Assembly: GCA_963662585.1 (NCBI GenBank)
Contig: OY759729.1
Location: 2,080,001-2,144,000 of the forward strand
From: Candidatus Cloacimonadales bacterium
GTDB taxonomy: Bacteria > Cloacimonadota > Cloacimonadia > Cloacimonadales > JAFGVF01
Length of the DNA: 64,000 nucleotides
Direction of reading: 5' to 3'
In this document: positions 11,327 through 25,611 of the stretch, one piece after another
Layout: each line of letters begins with the position of its first letter
Numbering within the stretch: the stretch's first letter is position 1
The notes under the pieces: model-generated
The model's database searches: none
The model's input: only the letters and a program-made list of their open reading frames with translations
Told to the model about the DNA's origin: nothing
Position numbers and translations under genes: made by a program

Positions 11327-13780
11327 ATGAAGCCAATCGATGAATTATTACTTGAGCTGACTTTATTTGATGGAGAGCAGGAAAATTTAGAGAAATTGAT
11401 AGTAGCCCTGTTAAAACAACTTGCTGAAGAACATCAAGTTGAAAGATGCTACTGTAAATTGTTTGATAATCATTCAATTTGTAATATATCTTATGAATGG
11501 CAAACTGATACTTGTAATCAACTTGAAAATCCTGTAGATTTGTTTAATTTCGGACATTATGAATGGGCTCTGAGTAAAATTAATAGTTTAGAAGTAACAG
11601 CTATTGAATCAGTATCTATGCTACCAGCTGACGCCCAAGCAGAGAGAGACTTTTTTCTGGATAACAATATTAAATCACTATTAATGATCCCAATTGAAAT
11701 TGAAGGTCATTTTGGAGGAATTGTTGGCTTTTCAACCTTCACAGCTGAAAGAAAGTGGCGTAAAGATGATATTGAAATTATTCAAAAGATCGCTCCAGTA
11801 TTAAAGCAGATAGTTCGTCCTAACTACAAAGCATCAATTGCTGAAAGACACTCAATTCCCAAAAGTTATAGTGGCTTGTCATCAATTAGTTATATCTGTG
11901 ATTTAAGAACCCTTGAATTTAAGTATATTACTCATTCTGCTTATGAACTTTTTGGATGTTATCCTAAAGATATCATCAATAAAAAGACTCTTTTCGACTA
12001 TTTTTCTAAAGAAAACAATATGCCCTTCTTTCAACAAATAACCAATTATTCTCCTTTAATAAACTATTCTTGCGATGTTAAGTTGAAAGAAAACATTAAC
12101 GGAATTGGCTGGCTCAGAAACAACTATAGAATATGTAATCATAATGGCAAAAACACCATTCAAGGCTTCTGTTACGATATTACTGATAAAAAACTACTAG
12201 ACCTAGAACATCGTAAGCATCGTGCTTTCCTTGAGAAGTTAATTGATAATATCCCAGTAGGTATTACAGTCAAAAACTGCCAGACAGAAAAATATGATAT
12301 TTGGAATAAAGAGATTGAAAAAATTACCGGAATTAGTAGCCAAACAGCCATTAATCATAGTGATGAAGAAATTTTTGGTTCGGAATTTCTCCAAAGGAAA
12401 CTTAGTAATGAAAAGAAAGTAAGAGAAACTTACTTAGAATGTGCTTGCGAAGAAGAAGAATTATTAGCTCAAGATGGTAGAAAGAGAATAATTAATAATA
12501 CAATAATTCCTATAGAATTCGATAATCGACTTGATTCAATTCTTAATGTTACTCAAGATGTTACTGATGTGGTAAATAAGAGAGTAGAACTTCAAGATGC
12601 AATAGCTAAAGCAGAAGAATCAGATAATCTTAAAACTCAGTTTCTTTCCAATATCTCCCATGAATTTAGAACACCTCTTAATGCTGTTTATGGTTTTTCG
12701 GAATTTCTTAAGAATAATAAGAGTATTTCAATTGAAGATAGGGATGAGTATTTAGCTCTAATTATGCATGGAGCCCAAAGATTAATTTCACTAATGGATA
12801 ATGTCATTAATGTTTCCAAAATTGAATCCAAAAATATCTCAGTTATTAATACTAAGTTCTCTCTGAGCAATATGCTTAATGAAATAGTAGAGCATTATCG
12901 ACTTGATATTGAAGATAAACAGAAAAATATTGAAATAAATCTTTTCGTCCCTCATCAATCAAAAGAAGTAATTTTTGAAAGTGATGAAACAAATATCAGA
13001 ACAATTTTTGATAACCTGTTAAATAATGCTATTAAATTCACTGAGAGCGGTACGATTGATGTAGGTTTCACTATTGATGCCAGCAAAAGTATTACTTTTA
13101 TGATTAGTGATACAGGAATCGGAATTGAAGATGATCAAAAACAAAATATCTTTGACCTCTTCCGACAAAGTAATGGCTCACATACTCGTGAGTTCGGAGG
13201 AATTGGAGTCGGATTAACAATCTCCCACAAAATAATTCTTTTGTTAGGAGGACAGATAACCTTAGATTCTGAAAAAGGGAAAGGTTCTACTTTTATTTTT
13301 ACAATTCCTGGTGGTGTTAGTGTTGTGGATTTAGCTGATACTAATAATCATAACTATTCTCATCAAGATATCTACTCAACTTCAGCTTTCTCTGAAAAAT
13401 GGACAGGTAAAAATATCTTAATTGTAGATGATACTATTCACATTATTAAGTTCTTCAAAGCCTTCTTTAAACATATAAAAGTGAATGTTGAATATGCCCA
13501 TAATGGGGTTGAGGCTGTGGAACGATGTCGTAATAATAATATTGATCTAATTCTCATGGATGTTCAGATGCCTAAGATGGATGGCTTAGAAGCTACTCAA
13601 AAGATTAGAGAATTCAATACCAAAATACCAATTATTGCCCAAACGGCCTATGCCTTTGATTCTGATAGAATGAAATTGCTGAAAGCAGGTTGTGATGATT
13701 ATATTACCAAGCCAATTAATAGAAGAGAATTGCTGTTTAAAATGGATAAATACTTTTGGGTAAAGAAAGAAGCTAAATAA
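11327..13780 (+). CDS. hybrid sensor histidine kinase (GAF-PAS-HisKA-HATPase-REC)
   Basis: SHEFRTPL, NAIKFT, DTGIGI, GGIGVGL, LMDVQMP and KP receiver motifs; no transmembrane segment. Confidence 0.93.
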   Translation: MKPIDELLLELTLFDGEQENLEKLIVALLKQLAEEHQVERCYCKLFDNHSICNISYEWQTDTCNQLENPVDLFNFGHYEWALSKINSLEVTAIESVSMLPADAQAERDFFLDNNIKSLLMIPIEIEGHFGGIVGFSTFTAERKWRKDDIEIIQKIAPVLKQIVRPNYKASIAERHSIPKSYSGLSSISYICDLRTLEFKYITHSAYELFGCYPKDIINKKTLFDYFSKENNMPFFQQITNYSPLINYSCDVKLKENINGIGWLRNNYRICNHNGKNTIQGFCYDITDKKLLDLEHRKHRAFLEKLIDNIPVGITVKNCQTEKYDIWNKEIEKITGISSQTAINHSDEEIFGSEFLQRKLSNEKKVRETYLECACEEEELLAQDGRKRIINNTIIPIEFDNRLDSILNVTQDVTDVVNKRVELQDAIAKAEESDNLKTQFLSNISHEFRTPLNAVYGFSEFLKNNKSISIEDRDEYLALIMHGAQRLISLMDNVINVSKIESKNISVINTKFSLSNMLNEIVEHYRLDIEDKQKNIEINLFVPHQSKEVIFESDETNIRTIFDNLLNNAIKFTESGTIDVGFTIDASKSITFMISDTGIGIEDDQKQNIFDLFRQSNGSHTREFGGIGVGLTISHKIILLLGGQITLDSEKGKGSTFIFTIPGGVSVVDLADTNNHNYSHQDIYSTSAFSEKWTGKNILIVDDTIHIIKFFKAFFKHIKVNVEYAHNGVEAVERCRNNNIDLILMDVQMPKMDGLEATQKIREFNTKIPIIAQTAYAFDSDRMKLLKAGCDDYITKPINRRELLFKMDKYFWVKKEAK

Positions 13781-13790
13781 GAATAAAGGG

Positions 13791-13809
13791 AAGGGCTGAA
13801 TCAGCCCCT
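13791..13809. terminator. hairpin between convergent genes
   Basis: AAGGGCTGAATCAGCCCCT. Confidence 0.5.
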
Positions 13810-13824
13810 ATAAATCCACTTTAT

Positions 13825-13959
13825 TTATGGTGTTGGTTGCTCTAATTTAAGACGAGACACTTGAGCTTCAAAAGTGTAGTCTATAGGAGCTTCGATAATT
13901 TTTTTAACTTTCTGAGCTCTTAAGATTCTCTTTTCTTTTTGTGTAAGTATCTTTTTCAT
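13825..13959 (-). CDS. small basic protein (44 aa), not in the ORF track
   Basis: MKKILTQKEKRILRAQKVKKIIEAPIDYTFEAQVSRLKLEQPTP with an AAAAGGAGAG RBS upstream and a hairpin downstream. Confidence 0.55.
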   Translation of the reverse strand: MKKILTQKEKRILRAQKVKKIIEAPIDYTFEAQVSRLKLEQPTP

Positions 13960-14444
13960 AACACACTCTCCTTTTTATTAATTTTATATTCAACTACAGA
14001 TATATCTACAAATATATTATAATTAAAATCAGCATTTTGACAAATATAAATTAACTATTTATTAAAAAATCACATTAAATTAATAGCTAGTTAATATTGA
14101 TATAAATAAAGTTATCTTTGTCATAATTTAAGTGCTTTTCAAATTTTTATTAACTTAATAGTATAATTATAAGAATAAAACAATTTCCCCTAACTTATTA
14201 TTAATCAGTTATCTGTAACTATAATAAAATATGAATTTATCAGCAATATCTGTCAAGCCTTTTTTTGTCAGGAAAGTGCCTTGGCCTAATTAAATACTAC
14301 TTAACTATTTTTGTCTTTCCAATCCTCACTTACTACCCCTTCTTACTCATCTTAATAATTATCTGAAATTCTTATGGGATGTCAGTCTTGGAGCAAGGAA
14401 GGACCAGTGGAAAGTAGTTAAGAACTAAGAACTTGATAAGACCT

Positions 14445-15160
14445 CTTCTGCCGGATTGCATGCACCTTGCATGCGACAAGATCTTTTAAATCCGCCTCGT
14501 GAGGGGGACACAGGGGGTGTTTTCTTCTATGGAGTGGAAGCATCTCAGCTTCCATTAACTGGGGTTACGGACCTTTAGTCCGTGAATCTTAAATTATGGA
14601 ATGGAAGCGTCCCTGCTTCCATCAGGCTGTATTTCAGCCTGCTCTTATCTTTTCTGGCGACGCGGAGGTCCCCAGTCCATAGGCCCCTGTTTCCATTAAC
14701 TGGGGTTACGGACCTTTAGTCCGTGAATCTTAAACTCCCCTCTTTAGTGCTGAAAGCACGCTAAAAGAGGGGTGGTTGCGCAGCAGCTCTTAACTGGGAA
14801 AGTGAGCATCCTGCTCGCACCACGCAGTAGCGTGGTAGATTAGCTTATTTCTGGGATTTCCTGAAATTTAAGCAGTTTAAACACTATTCATCTGCTACCT
14901 GGCAATTCACAGCGGAGAGAATCTCCACAATCCGACAGAAGAGGGATTATCATAATCTTAAACTCCTCTCATTATTGATTAACTGGGGTTACGGACTTTT
15001 AGTCCGTGAATCTTAAATTCCCCTCGTTAGTGCTGAAAGCGCGCTAAAAGAGGGGTGGCTGCGAAGCAGACGGGGTGTTTTAAATCCCCCTCCGTGAGGG
15101 GGACACAGGGGGTGTTCTCTTCTATGGAGTGGAAGCGTCTCTGCTTCCACATTAGACAAT
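14445..15160. repeat. mosaic cluster of palindromic REP-like units upstream of the rRNA operon
   Basis: 3x TAACTGGGGTTACGGACYTTTAGTCCGTGAATCTTAAA, 3x TGGAAGC..GCTTCCA, 2x CCCCTC.TTAG..CTAAAAGAGGGG, 2x GTGAGGGGGACACAGGGGGTGTT. Confidence 0.85.
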
Positions 15161-15489
15161 GCTTGTGATTCCATATTGAAAAATATCATCCCCTTATATA
15201 TATAAAGATATATAATACATTGAAAGGATCCAGTCTGGTTAAAATATGGGCCTATGGAATAGACCCCTGCTGTTTTTGATGTGGGTCTATAGCAATAATC
15301 CCCTACATTTTTTAGAAATTTTACTGTATTCAAAAACAAAACTAAACTTTAAAAGAAGATGAAAACTTAAAATATTAAAAAAAATATGAAAAAAGTTTCA
15401 TCCTAGTTAAATAACTATTTATCAGTTATTAAAAAAAGGCTAATGTCAAGGCCATTACTATAAAAAATTAAAAGAAATAAAAAAAGGTA

Positions 15490-15578
15490 TTGACAAGAAA
15501 GCAGCTTCCCATAGTTTAGCAAAACCAATGCACGGAAGCAACAAACTTCTCGGAACTTGGATTAGATCTTTGAATAAT
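15490..15578 (+). promoter_or_regulatory. rRNA operon promoter and boxA-like site
   Basis: A-rich UP element, TTGACA-N16-TAGTTT, and AGATCTTTGAATAA at about 15564. Confidence 0.6.
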
Positions 15579-15650
15579 TTTTAAAATTAAAAAGTTATAG
15601 AGTGAATGAATGAAGTAAACTTGCGAGAGACAGGAACACGATTTATATAA

Positions 15651-17189
<1,539 letters not shown>

Positions 17190-17299
17190 TAAAGGAGAAA
17201 TAGTTTTTCGATAAGTTTACTTTTTCATTCTATAACAAATATATAATACTAAAATTTTACAGTAAATAGAGTGCAATAGAGTGTGTATAATTAATTTTT

Positions 17300-20182
<2,883 letters not shown>

Positions 20183-20291
20183 AATATTTTTTATATACAC
20201 TCTATTATCTCTTACTGTATAGAAGCAGTAAAGAGAGAAGCACGAAATATACACGCAAGAATTTTAATAAACATTTTTGACAGGGGTCAAA

Positions 20292-20407
20292 GATGGTGGT
20301 AATAGCAGTGAGGATATACCTGTTCCCATTCCGAACACAGAAGTCAAGCTCACTCACGTCGATGATACTGCACTGGCAACGGTGTGGGAAAGTAGATAGC
20401 CGCCATC
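20292..20407 (+). rRNA. rrf: 5S ribosomal RNA
   Basis: CCTGTTCCCATTCCGAACACAGAAGTCAAG core; GATGGTGG/CCGCCATC terminal helix. Confidence 0.97.
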
Positions 20408-20427
20408 TTTGACCCCTGCTTTTTTAT

Positions 20428-21710
20428 TATGGAGTGGAGACCTCTTCTATGGTGTAGATGGAAGTCTCTGCTTCCACCCTGAAAAGACCATCTTTTCAGG
20501 AGATTCAAGAAAACAAGCTTTTCCATCTGCAGGCAGGGACGCCTACAGTCCATAGTAGACTTCTTCAGTCGGACGGTGGAGATTCTCTCCGCCATCTTCA
20601 GTCGTTAGACTGAAGATAATAATAATTTTCCAAGTTTCGCAATGTGTTATCAATAGCAGATTAAATTGTATCGTCCGAAGTCCCTTGCCTAGGGCCGAGG
20701 AACTCCGGTCTTCAGCTATTTATCACGAGAGTTGCACACGGAGTAGCGACTTCCGACAAAGCAGTCTTGAATTGTATAAAACAAATCCCTTTGCTTCGTA
20801 GGTGCGAAAATATACCAGTTATCATCTTAAACCTAAAAGCAAATCGATATTATCTTTCCATAATCTTCATTGCTATAAAATCAAAACCATTAGCACTTAG
20901 GGAGCGAATAACTACTACTTTATTTAAGGAGTGGATGCGTCTCTGCTTCCACATTAGATACTGGTATTTCTAGATTTTTAATCAGTTTAGAGACTATTCA
21001 TCTGCTACTTAGCAATTCACAGCGGAGAAAATCTCCACAATCCGACAGAAGAGGGATTATCACACTCTTAAATTCCCTTCTTTAGTGATTAACTGGGGTT
21101 ACGGACCTTTAGTCCGTGAATATTAAATTCCCCTCTTTAGTGCTGAAAGCACGATAAAAGAGGGGTGGCTGCGAAGCAGACGGGGTGTTTTCTACTATGG
21201 AGTGGAAGCGTCTCTGCTTCCACATTAGATACTAGGAGAGATTTTTAGATTATTAATCAGCTTAGACACTATTCATCTGTTACTTAGCAATTCACAGCGG
21301 AGAAAATCTCCACAATCCGACAGAAGAGGGATTATCACACTCTTAAATTCTCTTCTTTAGATGAAATACTTCAGGTTTGCCATCTTTGATCCCTGTTATT
21401 TCGTCCGAAGTCCCTTGCCTACGGCCGAGGAACTCCGGTCTTCAGCTATTTCTTTCGCCCGAAGTCCCTTGCCTACGGCCGAGGAACTCCGGTCTTCAGC
21501 TATTTATTTCGCCCGAAGTCCCTTGCCTAGGGCTGAGGAACTCGGTCTTCAGCTTGTCCACTATCCGACAGAAGAGAAGCAGAGACGCTTTTACAAAAAT
21601 ATTTCTTGCTAGCATAAGATTAATCACATAAAATTATTTGCTTCAGAGGAGCAGTTTCTGCTAGTCTTGAATAGTTAAGACAAATCCCTTCACTCCGTAG
21701 ATGAGAAGAC
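20428..21710. repeat. mosaic cluster of palindromic REP-like units downstream of the rRNA operon
   Basis: Same unit families as at 14.4-15.2 kb; ~272-bp tandem duplication (20927/21199); 54-bp tandem x3 at 21402/21456/21510 plus a solo copy at 20672. Confidence 0.85.
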
Positions 21711-21836
21711 TTCTATTCACTAATTTCATCAATTACACAAAGAGGATAAGCAATTTGACAGAAGTAATTTTAATTGATTATTGACAAAAATAGACAGTAA
21801 TATTTTAATGAGAAAAAACAATAAATTGAGGTAAAG

Positions 21837-23363
21837 ATGAATAAAATATTGATTGATGGTAATAACCTTACCTTAGAGAATGTCTGGGAAGTAGCTCATA
21901 ATAAAACAGAAATAGCACTTACAGAAGAGAGTAAGGCAAGAGTTATAAAATGCCGTAATTATGTAGATAAGATAATTTCAGAAGGCAGAATTGTTTATGG
22001 ATTAACAACAGGTTTTGGAAAATTTTCTACAATAACCATCGCTCAAGAAGATATTGCAGAATTACAAGAGAACTTGATTCTTAGTCATGCAACAGGTGTT
22101 GGTGAATTTTTCTCAATACCGGAAGCAAGAGCAATTATGTTACTCAGAATCTGTGTTTTAGCAAAAGGTCATTCAGGCATAAGATTATCTACTCTAGAAG
22201 CATTAATAGAAATGCTTAACAAAGATGTTACTCCTTGTATTCCTGAAAAGGGTTCAGTTGGTGCAAGTGGAGATTTAGCTCCTCTTTCTCATTTAGCTTT
22301 AGTCTTATTAGGCAAAGGTGAATCATATTATAAAGGTGAAAAGATGAGTGGTGCAGAAGCAATGGAAAAAGCAGGTATTACACCAGTTAAACTAGTTGCT
22401 AAAGAAGGTCTTGCTCTAAATAATGGTACACAAGTAATGACTGCTGTAGGAGCTTTAGCTTATATCAGAGCATTAAGATTATGCAGAGTAGCAGATATCG
22501 CCCATGCAGCTTCTTTGGATGCTTATTTAGGTACTACTGATGCCTTTGATCCATTAATTCATCAAGTTAGACCTCATGCAGGTCAATTAGCTTCATCAGA
22601 AAATATTTTAGCATTACTCGAAGGTAGTAAATTAAGAGATTCACATAAAGATTGTGAGAATGTTCAAGATCCATACAGTATGAGATGTGGAGCACAAGTT
22701 CATGGAGCAGTCAGAGAAGCTTTAAGTTATGTTAAAAGAGTTTTAGATGTTGAGATAAATTCAGCTACTGATAATCCTCTTATTTTCCCTGATCAAGATA
22801 GAGTAATCTCGGGCGGAAACTTTCATGGAGAACCAGTTGCAATAGCTTTAGATACCCTTGGAATTGCTACAGCTGAATTAGCTAATATTTCAGAACGCAG
22901 AATGGAGCAATTATTTAATCCTGCACAATCTCGTGGTTTAAAAGCTTTCTTAGCTCCTCGTCCAGGAATAGATTCTGGTTTCATGATAGCTCAGTTAACA
23001 GCAGCTTCTTTAGTTTCTGAAAACAAAGTGCTAGCTCACCCTGCATCTGTAGATTCAATTCCTACTTCTGCATTGCAAGAAGACCATGTTTCTATGGGTA
23101 CAATCAGTGCTGTAAAAGCTAGAACTATCATTGATAACTGTGAACATGTCTTATCTATTGAGTTAATGGCTAACTGCCAAGCTTTAGATGATAGAAAAAT
23201 TGAAAGTTCAAAACCAATTGAAGCTATTAAAGCAGAGATTCGTTCTTTCGTTAAATATATAGATAGAGATAGAATTATTTATCCTGATATGAGAAATATG
23301 AAAGAGTTTGTTAGTTCTTTCCGTCCAATAGAAATTGTTTCTCAATTTTTAACTTTAAATTAA
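21837..23363 (+). CDS. hutH: histidine ammonia-lyase
   Basis: YGLTTGFG, GSVGASGDLAPL (MIO-forming ASG), SGGNFHG and QEDHVSM. Confidence 0.96.
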   Translation: MNKILIDGNNLTLENVWEVAHNKTEIALTEESKARVIKCRNYVDKIISEGRIVYGLTTGFGKFSTITIAQEDIAELQENLILSHATGVGEFFSIPEARAIMLLRICVLAKGHSGIRLSTLEALIEMLNKDVTPCIPEKGSVGASGDLAPLSHLALVLLGKGESYYKGEKMSGAEAMEKAGITPVKLVAKEGLALNNGTQVMTAVGALAYIRALRLCRVADIAHAASLDAYLGTTDAFDPLIHQVRPHAGQLASSENILALLEGSKLRDSHKDCENVQDPYSMRCGAQVHGAVREALSYVKRVLDVEINSATDNPLIFPDQDRVISGGNFHGEPVAIALDTLGIATAELANISERRMEQLFNPAQSRGLKAFLAPRPGIDSGFMIAQLTAASLVSENKVLAHPASVDSIPTSALQEDHVSMGTISAVKARTIIDNCEHVLSIELMANCQALDDRKIESSKPIEAIKAEIRSFVKYIDRDRIIYPDMRNMKEFVSSFRPIEIVSQFLTLN

Positions 23364-23375
23364 ATTTAACAACAC

Positions 23376-23410
23376 GCGGTTGGTAGCTTATGCTTATCAA
23401 CCGCCTTTTA
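23376..23410 (+). terminator. intrinsic terminator after hutH
   Basis: GCGGTTGGTA...TATCAACCGC followed by CTTTT. Confidence 0.6.
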
Positions 23411-23442
23411 CTAGCTATCAGCTATTTTATTAGGGAGAAAAC

Positions 23443-25611
23443 ATGAAGAAAAGCTTCATTCTGCTATCATTATTGCTTGTTCTTATAATGTTGGGAAGTT
23501 GTGCATATTACAATACTTTTTATAATGCCAAAGAACTTTTTGAGCAAGCAAGTTCAAAAGATTTAGAGTCGTCAGGTCGAGCAAGTAGAGCTGCACAGCA
23601 AGAATTTAATGAAGTAATTAAAAAGTGTACTTCCCTTTTAGAGTTTTATCCTAATAGTAAATATGTTGATGACGCTATTTATCTTATGGCACTTAGTTTT
23701 TATAAGAAGGGGGGAAGTACAACCCAAGTCTTTGAACAGTGTGATAAACTTATTCAATATTTCCCTAATAGTGAATTCTATACTGATGCAGTAATTTTAA
23801 AAGCTCAAACAAATCGTGACTTGAGTAAAGTAAATGAGGCTTACTCTCTTTTAGAACAAGAGATTCTTAGTCCACGCAATCAGGATGAAGAAGCAAAAGT
23901 ACTGCTCAAAATTGCAGACTTTTATACTGAAGATAATGAATATGAACGAGCTAGATTTTATCTAAATATAATAATCGATGAACATAAAGCAACTAATGAA
24001 TTTAAACAAGCATCTTATTATATAGGCTTGAACTACTATGCAGATAAGAATTATCAAGAAGCAATAAAATCATTAGAGAAATTCTTAAAAATCAGAAACG
24101 ATCGTGAGATAAAATATGATGCTAGGTATTATATTGCTCTTTCTAACTATCATTTAGAAAACTATGCACTTTCTTTGAAACAAGTAAAGAAGCTTTATGA
24201 AGATGAATATAGAAAAGATGAAAAAAATAAAGTTACTGTTTTGCAAGGGAAAATACTTTTAGCTTCAGGAGAAGAAGATGAAGGGATTGAGATATTAAAC
24301 TCCTTAATTGATGGTAATCAGAGAGGGAAATATAGTGCAGAGACAAATTATGTTTTAGGAGAATATTATCTCACTAATACTGATAGCTTGCGTTTAGCTA
24401 TCGAACATTTTAACAATGTCAAAAAAGCTGATAGCAATTCTGAATTTGTAGAAAATTCTGTTGCTAAGAGCTCTGTAGCTAGTCAAATTCAATTATTCCG
24501 AGACAATGATTCTCAACTAGAACCAAAGCAATTAGTAAATGAACAGTTCAAATTAGCTGAATATTATCTTGATATTATGCAACTTCCAGACTCAGCTCTT
24601 GTTGTCTATGATAATATTATCAGTAATAAGGGAAAATTCTTACTTTTAAAAGATACTCTTAATACTAAGATGGATTCCCTGCAAGTTTCACTTGGAAACT
24701 TATCTCGTCGTACAAAATCAATGAATAGAGATATTGATAGTCTAAGAACACTTGTTCTGAATACCAATACTCTTGCTGATTCCTTAACTGTAGATTCACT
24801 AAAGACGCAAGATCTTAATGGAGACAGAATGCTAGTCTTGGAGAGTCAACTTGACACTCTTAATACTCAATTAGATTTACTCCGAAGAGATTCTTTAACA
24901 GTTTCCACTCGCTTAAAGAATATCTCTGAAGTTTTAGTTTCTTTCGATGAAGAATATATTCCTTTTGCTAGTTTTATTAAAGCTTATCTCTACATAGATG
25001 TCTATAAAGAGCCTACTTATGCTCATGACATTTTAGCTTTCCTCCAAGAGAATTACCCAAATTCTAAATACACCTATACTATTGAAAACTACCTAGCAAA
25101 TGGAACTCTAAAATTAACTACTAGGCAAAAAGAGATTTCTTTAAAACTATATGAAAAAGCTACTAATAATATATTGGATGACTCTGATTCTACTATAGTC
25201 CTTTTGGAAGCAATCTTAGATACCTTGGAAACAGATGAATTAATAAAAGCTAAAATGGCATTAGGCTATCTAAACTACTCTCGAGATGATACTCTTTCTG
25301 CTAGAAGATATTTTGAAGATTTAGCAAATAATTATCAGCTTTCAGAAGCTCAAAGTGCTTGGGTTTCAATATTCTTTTCCGAAAATAAGATTAATAAATT
25401 GGAATCTTTAGAATTTGCTATTACTGATATTGAAGAGAGATTAGAAGAAGAAACAGAAAGAGATTCCTTGATTAATGATGATGCTCAGGCCAGATTAGAA
25501 GAAGAGTTAAAGAAAGAGAAGGAAAAAGAAGAAATGAAAGAACAAGAGAATTTAAAAGATTCTTTTGAAATCTCCCCTCCTTCAGCACCTAGAGGAGCTG
25601 TAGATAAATAA
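23443..25611 (+). CDS. TPR-repeat lipoprotein (BamD-like N-terminus)
   Basis: Lipobox LGSC-AYYNTFYNA, YPNSKYVDDA and multiple TPR-like helices. Confidence 0.8.
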   Translation: MKKSFILLSLLLVLIMLGSCAYYNTFYNAKELFEQASSKDLESSGRASRAAQQEFNEVIKKCTSLLEFYPNSKYVDDAIYLMALSFYKKGGSTTQVFEQCDKLIQYFPNSEFYTDAVILKAQTNRDLSKVNEAYSLLEQEILSPRNQDEEAKVLLKIADFYTEDNEYERARFYLNIIIDEHKATNEFKQASYYIGLNYYADKNYQEAIKSLEKFLKIRNDREIKYDARYYIALSNYHLENYALSLKQVKKLYEDEYRKDEKNKVTVLQGKILLASGEEDEGIEILNSLIDGNQRGKYSAETNYVLGEYYLTNTDSLRLAIEHFNNVKKADSNSEFVENSVAKSSVASQIQLFRDNDSQLEPKQLVNEQFKLAEYYLDIMQLPDSALVVYDNIISNKGKFLLLKDTLNTKMDSLQVSLGNLSRRTKSMNRDIDSLRTLVLNTNTLADSLTVDSLKTQDLNGDRMLVLESQLDTLNTQLDLLRRDSLTVSTRLKNISEVLVSFDEEYIPFASFIKAYLYIDVYKEPTYAHDILAFLQENYPNSKYTYTIENYLANGTLKLTTRQKEISLKLYEKATNNILDDSDSTIVLLEAILDTLETDELIKAKMALGYLNYSRDDTLSARRYFEDLANNYQLSEAQSAWVSIFFSENKINKLESLEFAITDIEERLEEETERDSLINDDAQARLEEELKKEKEKEEMKEQENLKDSFEISPPSAPRGAVDK

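Noticed and set aside
15013..15339. 108-aa minus-strand ORF upstream of rrn
   Set aside because: It runs through the palindromic repeat cluster and has no protein-like motifs.
17190..17299. tRNA in the 16S-23S spacer
   Set aside because: The spacer is only ~110 bp, AT-rich and occupied by processing stems; no cloverleaf or TTCGA motif fits.
21402..21553. 54-bp repeats as a mini-CRISPR, and ORFs 21361-21612 and 21377-21631
   Set aside because: No spacers. The ORFs arise because the 54-bp period is a multiple of three.
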